Virus record (IMG/VR): IMGVR_UViG_3300017971_000173
Span: 1-33,488 of that record
Length of the DNA: 33,488 nt
Strand: one strand, 5' to 3'
DNA from: a virus
The notes beneath the pieces are model-generated. The model searched no databases, was not told the DNA's origin, and was given only the letters and a program-made list of their open reading frames with translations. Positions 32,582-33,488 of the stretch are shown one piece after another. Within the stretch, counting starts at the first letter, position 1. Each line of letters begins with the position of its first letter. The translations under genes were made by a program, and so were the position numbers.

Positions 32582-33488
32582 TTATGCTATTATCCAGAAT
32601 GTTAATATTACATCGCCATTAAGAGCTGCCGCACCTAAATTCTGATATGTCACGGTAAATGATCCTGCTGCAGGAACAACTCTTGTTACCGTACATTGAG
32701 CATCATTTGCGCCTTTATTAGCAATTGTACATATGATAGCTGAGTTAATAGTACACACACTATTTGTAACTGTAAGCACCTGAGATGCCGCTGCTGCAGT
32801 AGTTAAGCCAGTAAATGTTCCAACACCTGCATTAGCATTAATTGTAACTGCTGCCGCTGCCTGTGTATCAGTAACTGGTGTCATTGTTACAATACCAGCT
32901 GCATCTAAGCTTATACCTCCAGTTCCAGCCTGCAAGGTAGTTGAGCTTGTTGTATTTGTGCTGCCTGCGGTTAAATCACGTACGGCAGCTCCTGTGCAAA
33001 TATTAACAGCAAATGCATTTGCTCCAGTTCCTATATTTATAACGCCACCTGTAGAATCCGCTGCTATAGTTCCAGTAGACGTTAATGATGTGCCACCAGA
33101 TCCACTTTGAAGTAGCAAATCACTTGTTGTATTGGTTGACCCTATGGTTGTAGTATGAGCATTTGCACTAGCCCCAAAAGATGCGCCTCCTGTTCCACAA
33201 TCAACTACTGATGCGCTTGCACCTGTAGAAGATCCTACAGTTACCGTTCTTATTCCTGCAACACCAACATTAACTGCAAAATCATCTGCATCATTTCCTA
33301 TTCCAATTATTCCAGCAGAAGAATTGATCTCAACAACTCCATCTCCATCAATAAGTACAGTGTCATCTGAATTAAGAATAATATCGCCTGTACCAGTAGT
33401 TGCAACAGCAAAACTTCCTGTACCAGTATTTACGGCAACCCCTGTTGCTCCTGTTACATTACCTATAGTTATTGTTCTTGCTCCTGCA
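32582..33488 (-). CDS. C-terminal part of the wrap-around tail fibre (same gene as 1..1313).
   Basis: The track lists 32582..33118 from a TTG. I checked the same frame by hand from 33119 to 33488 and found no stop, and it is in phase with 1..1313 after removing the 33-nt overlap. Stop TAA at 32582-32584. Confidence 0.8.
   Translation of the reverse strand, partial: AGARTITIGNVTGATGVAVNTGTGSFAVATTGTGDIILNSDDTVLIDGDGVVEINSSAGIIGIGNDADDFAVNVGVAGIRTVTVGSSTGASASVVDCGTGGASFGASANAHTTTIGSTNTTSDLLLQSGSGGTSLTSTGTIAADSTGGVINIGTGANAFAVNICTGAAVRDLTAGSTNTTSSTTLQAGTGGISLDAAGIVTMTPVTDTQAAAAVTINANAGVGTFTGLTTAAAASQVLTVTNSVCTINSAIICTIANKGANDAQCTVTRVVPAAGSFTVTYQNLGAAALNGDVILTFWIIA
33456..33488. repeat. 33-nt terminal overlap identical to 1-33 (circular-contig signature).
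   Basis: ACATTACCTATAGTTATTGTTCTTGCTCCTGCA occurs at both ends of the window. Confidence 0.95.

Noticed and set aside
27041-33488. A diversity-generating retroelement or invertible (shufflon-type) segment acting on the fibre genes.
   Set aside because: There is no reverse transcriptase or invertase/recombinase gene in the genome. The paralogous fibre genes are only moderately similar at the nucleotide level, and I saw no template/variable-repeat pair or flanking inverted repeats.

Overview
The window looks like a complete, circularly closed tailed dsDNA phage genome of about 33.46 kb. Nucleotides 1-33 are identical to 33456-33488, and a 728-aa fibre gene reads in frame through that junction. 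The sequence is AT-rich. Nearly every gene has an AGGAG-type Shine-Dalgarno, and the recognisable promoters are sigma70-like (TTGACn-16/17-TATAnT), so the host is bacterial with standard genetic code. Layout: a non-coding control region of about 0.74 kb (24362-25102) carries divergent promoters. Rightward of it lies a 3-gene recombination module: a coiled-coil protein, an Erf-type annealase and a small ORF. Leftward, almost everything else is on the minus strand. In order: small early proteins (including a wHTH replication-initiator-like protein and a possible small terminase), small membrane proteins (holin-like), TerL, a PD-(D/E)xK nuclease, portal, scaffold, an N4-gp56-type HK97-fold major capsid protein, adaptor- and nozzle-position tail genes, three Q/G-rich internal-core-like proteins, and a large receptor-binding cluster. 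That cluster holds two long fibres, two tandem C1q/TNF-like fibres, duplicated small accessory genes and a free-standing copy of a fibre C-terminal domain. The structural gene order is T7-like podovirus synteny. I found no DNA or RNA polymerase, integrase, tRNA, CRISPR array or recognisable endolysin. Main points for follow-up: (1) a single in-frame TAG splits the nozzle-position gene, and the downstream half has neither ATG nor SD; (2) a 1.7-kb counter-oriented island (13.3-15.0 kb) between portal and scaffold has its own promoters, a GC hairpin boundary, three small membrane/secreted proteins and two RHH proteins, resembling P22 immI/sie; (3) the control region has a GC-rich structured core, a 20-nt alternating Py-Pu (CG)n tract and iteron-like repeats; (4) a perfect 24-bp direct repeat sits in front of the capsid gene; (5) a compositionally foreign Cys-rich gene lies next to the holin-like genes. 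All functional calls rest on motif recognition by eye and on synteny; no database search was run.
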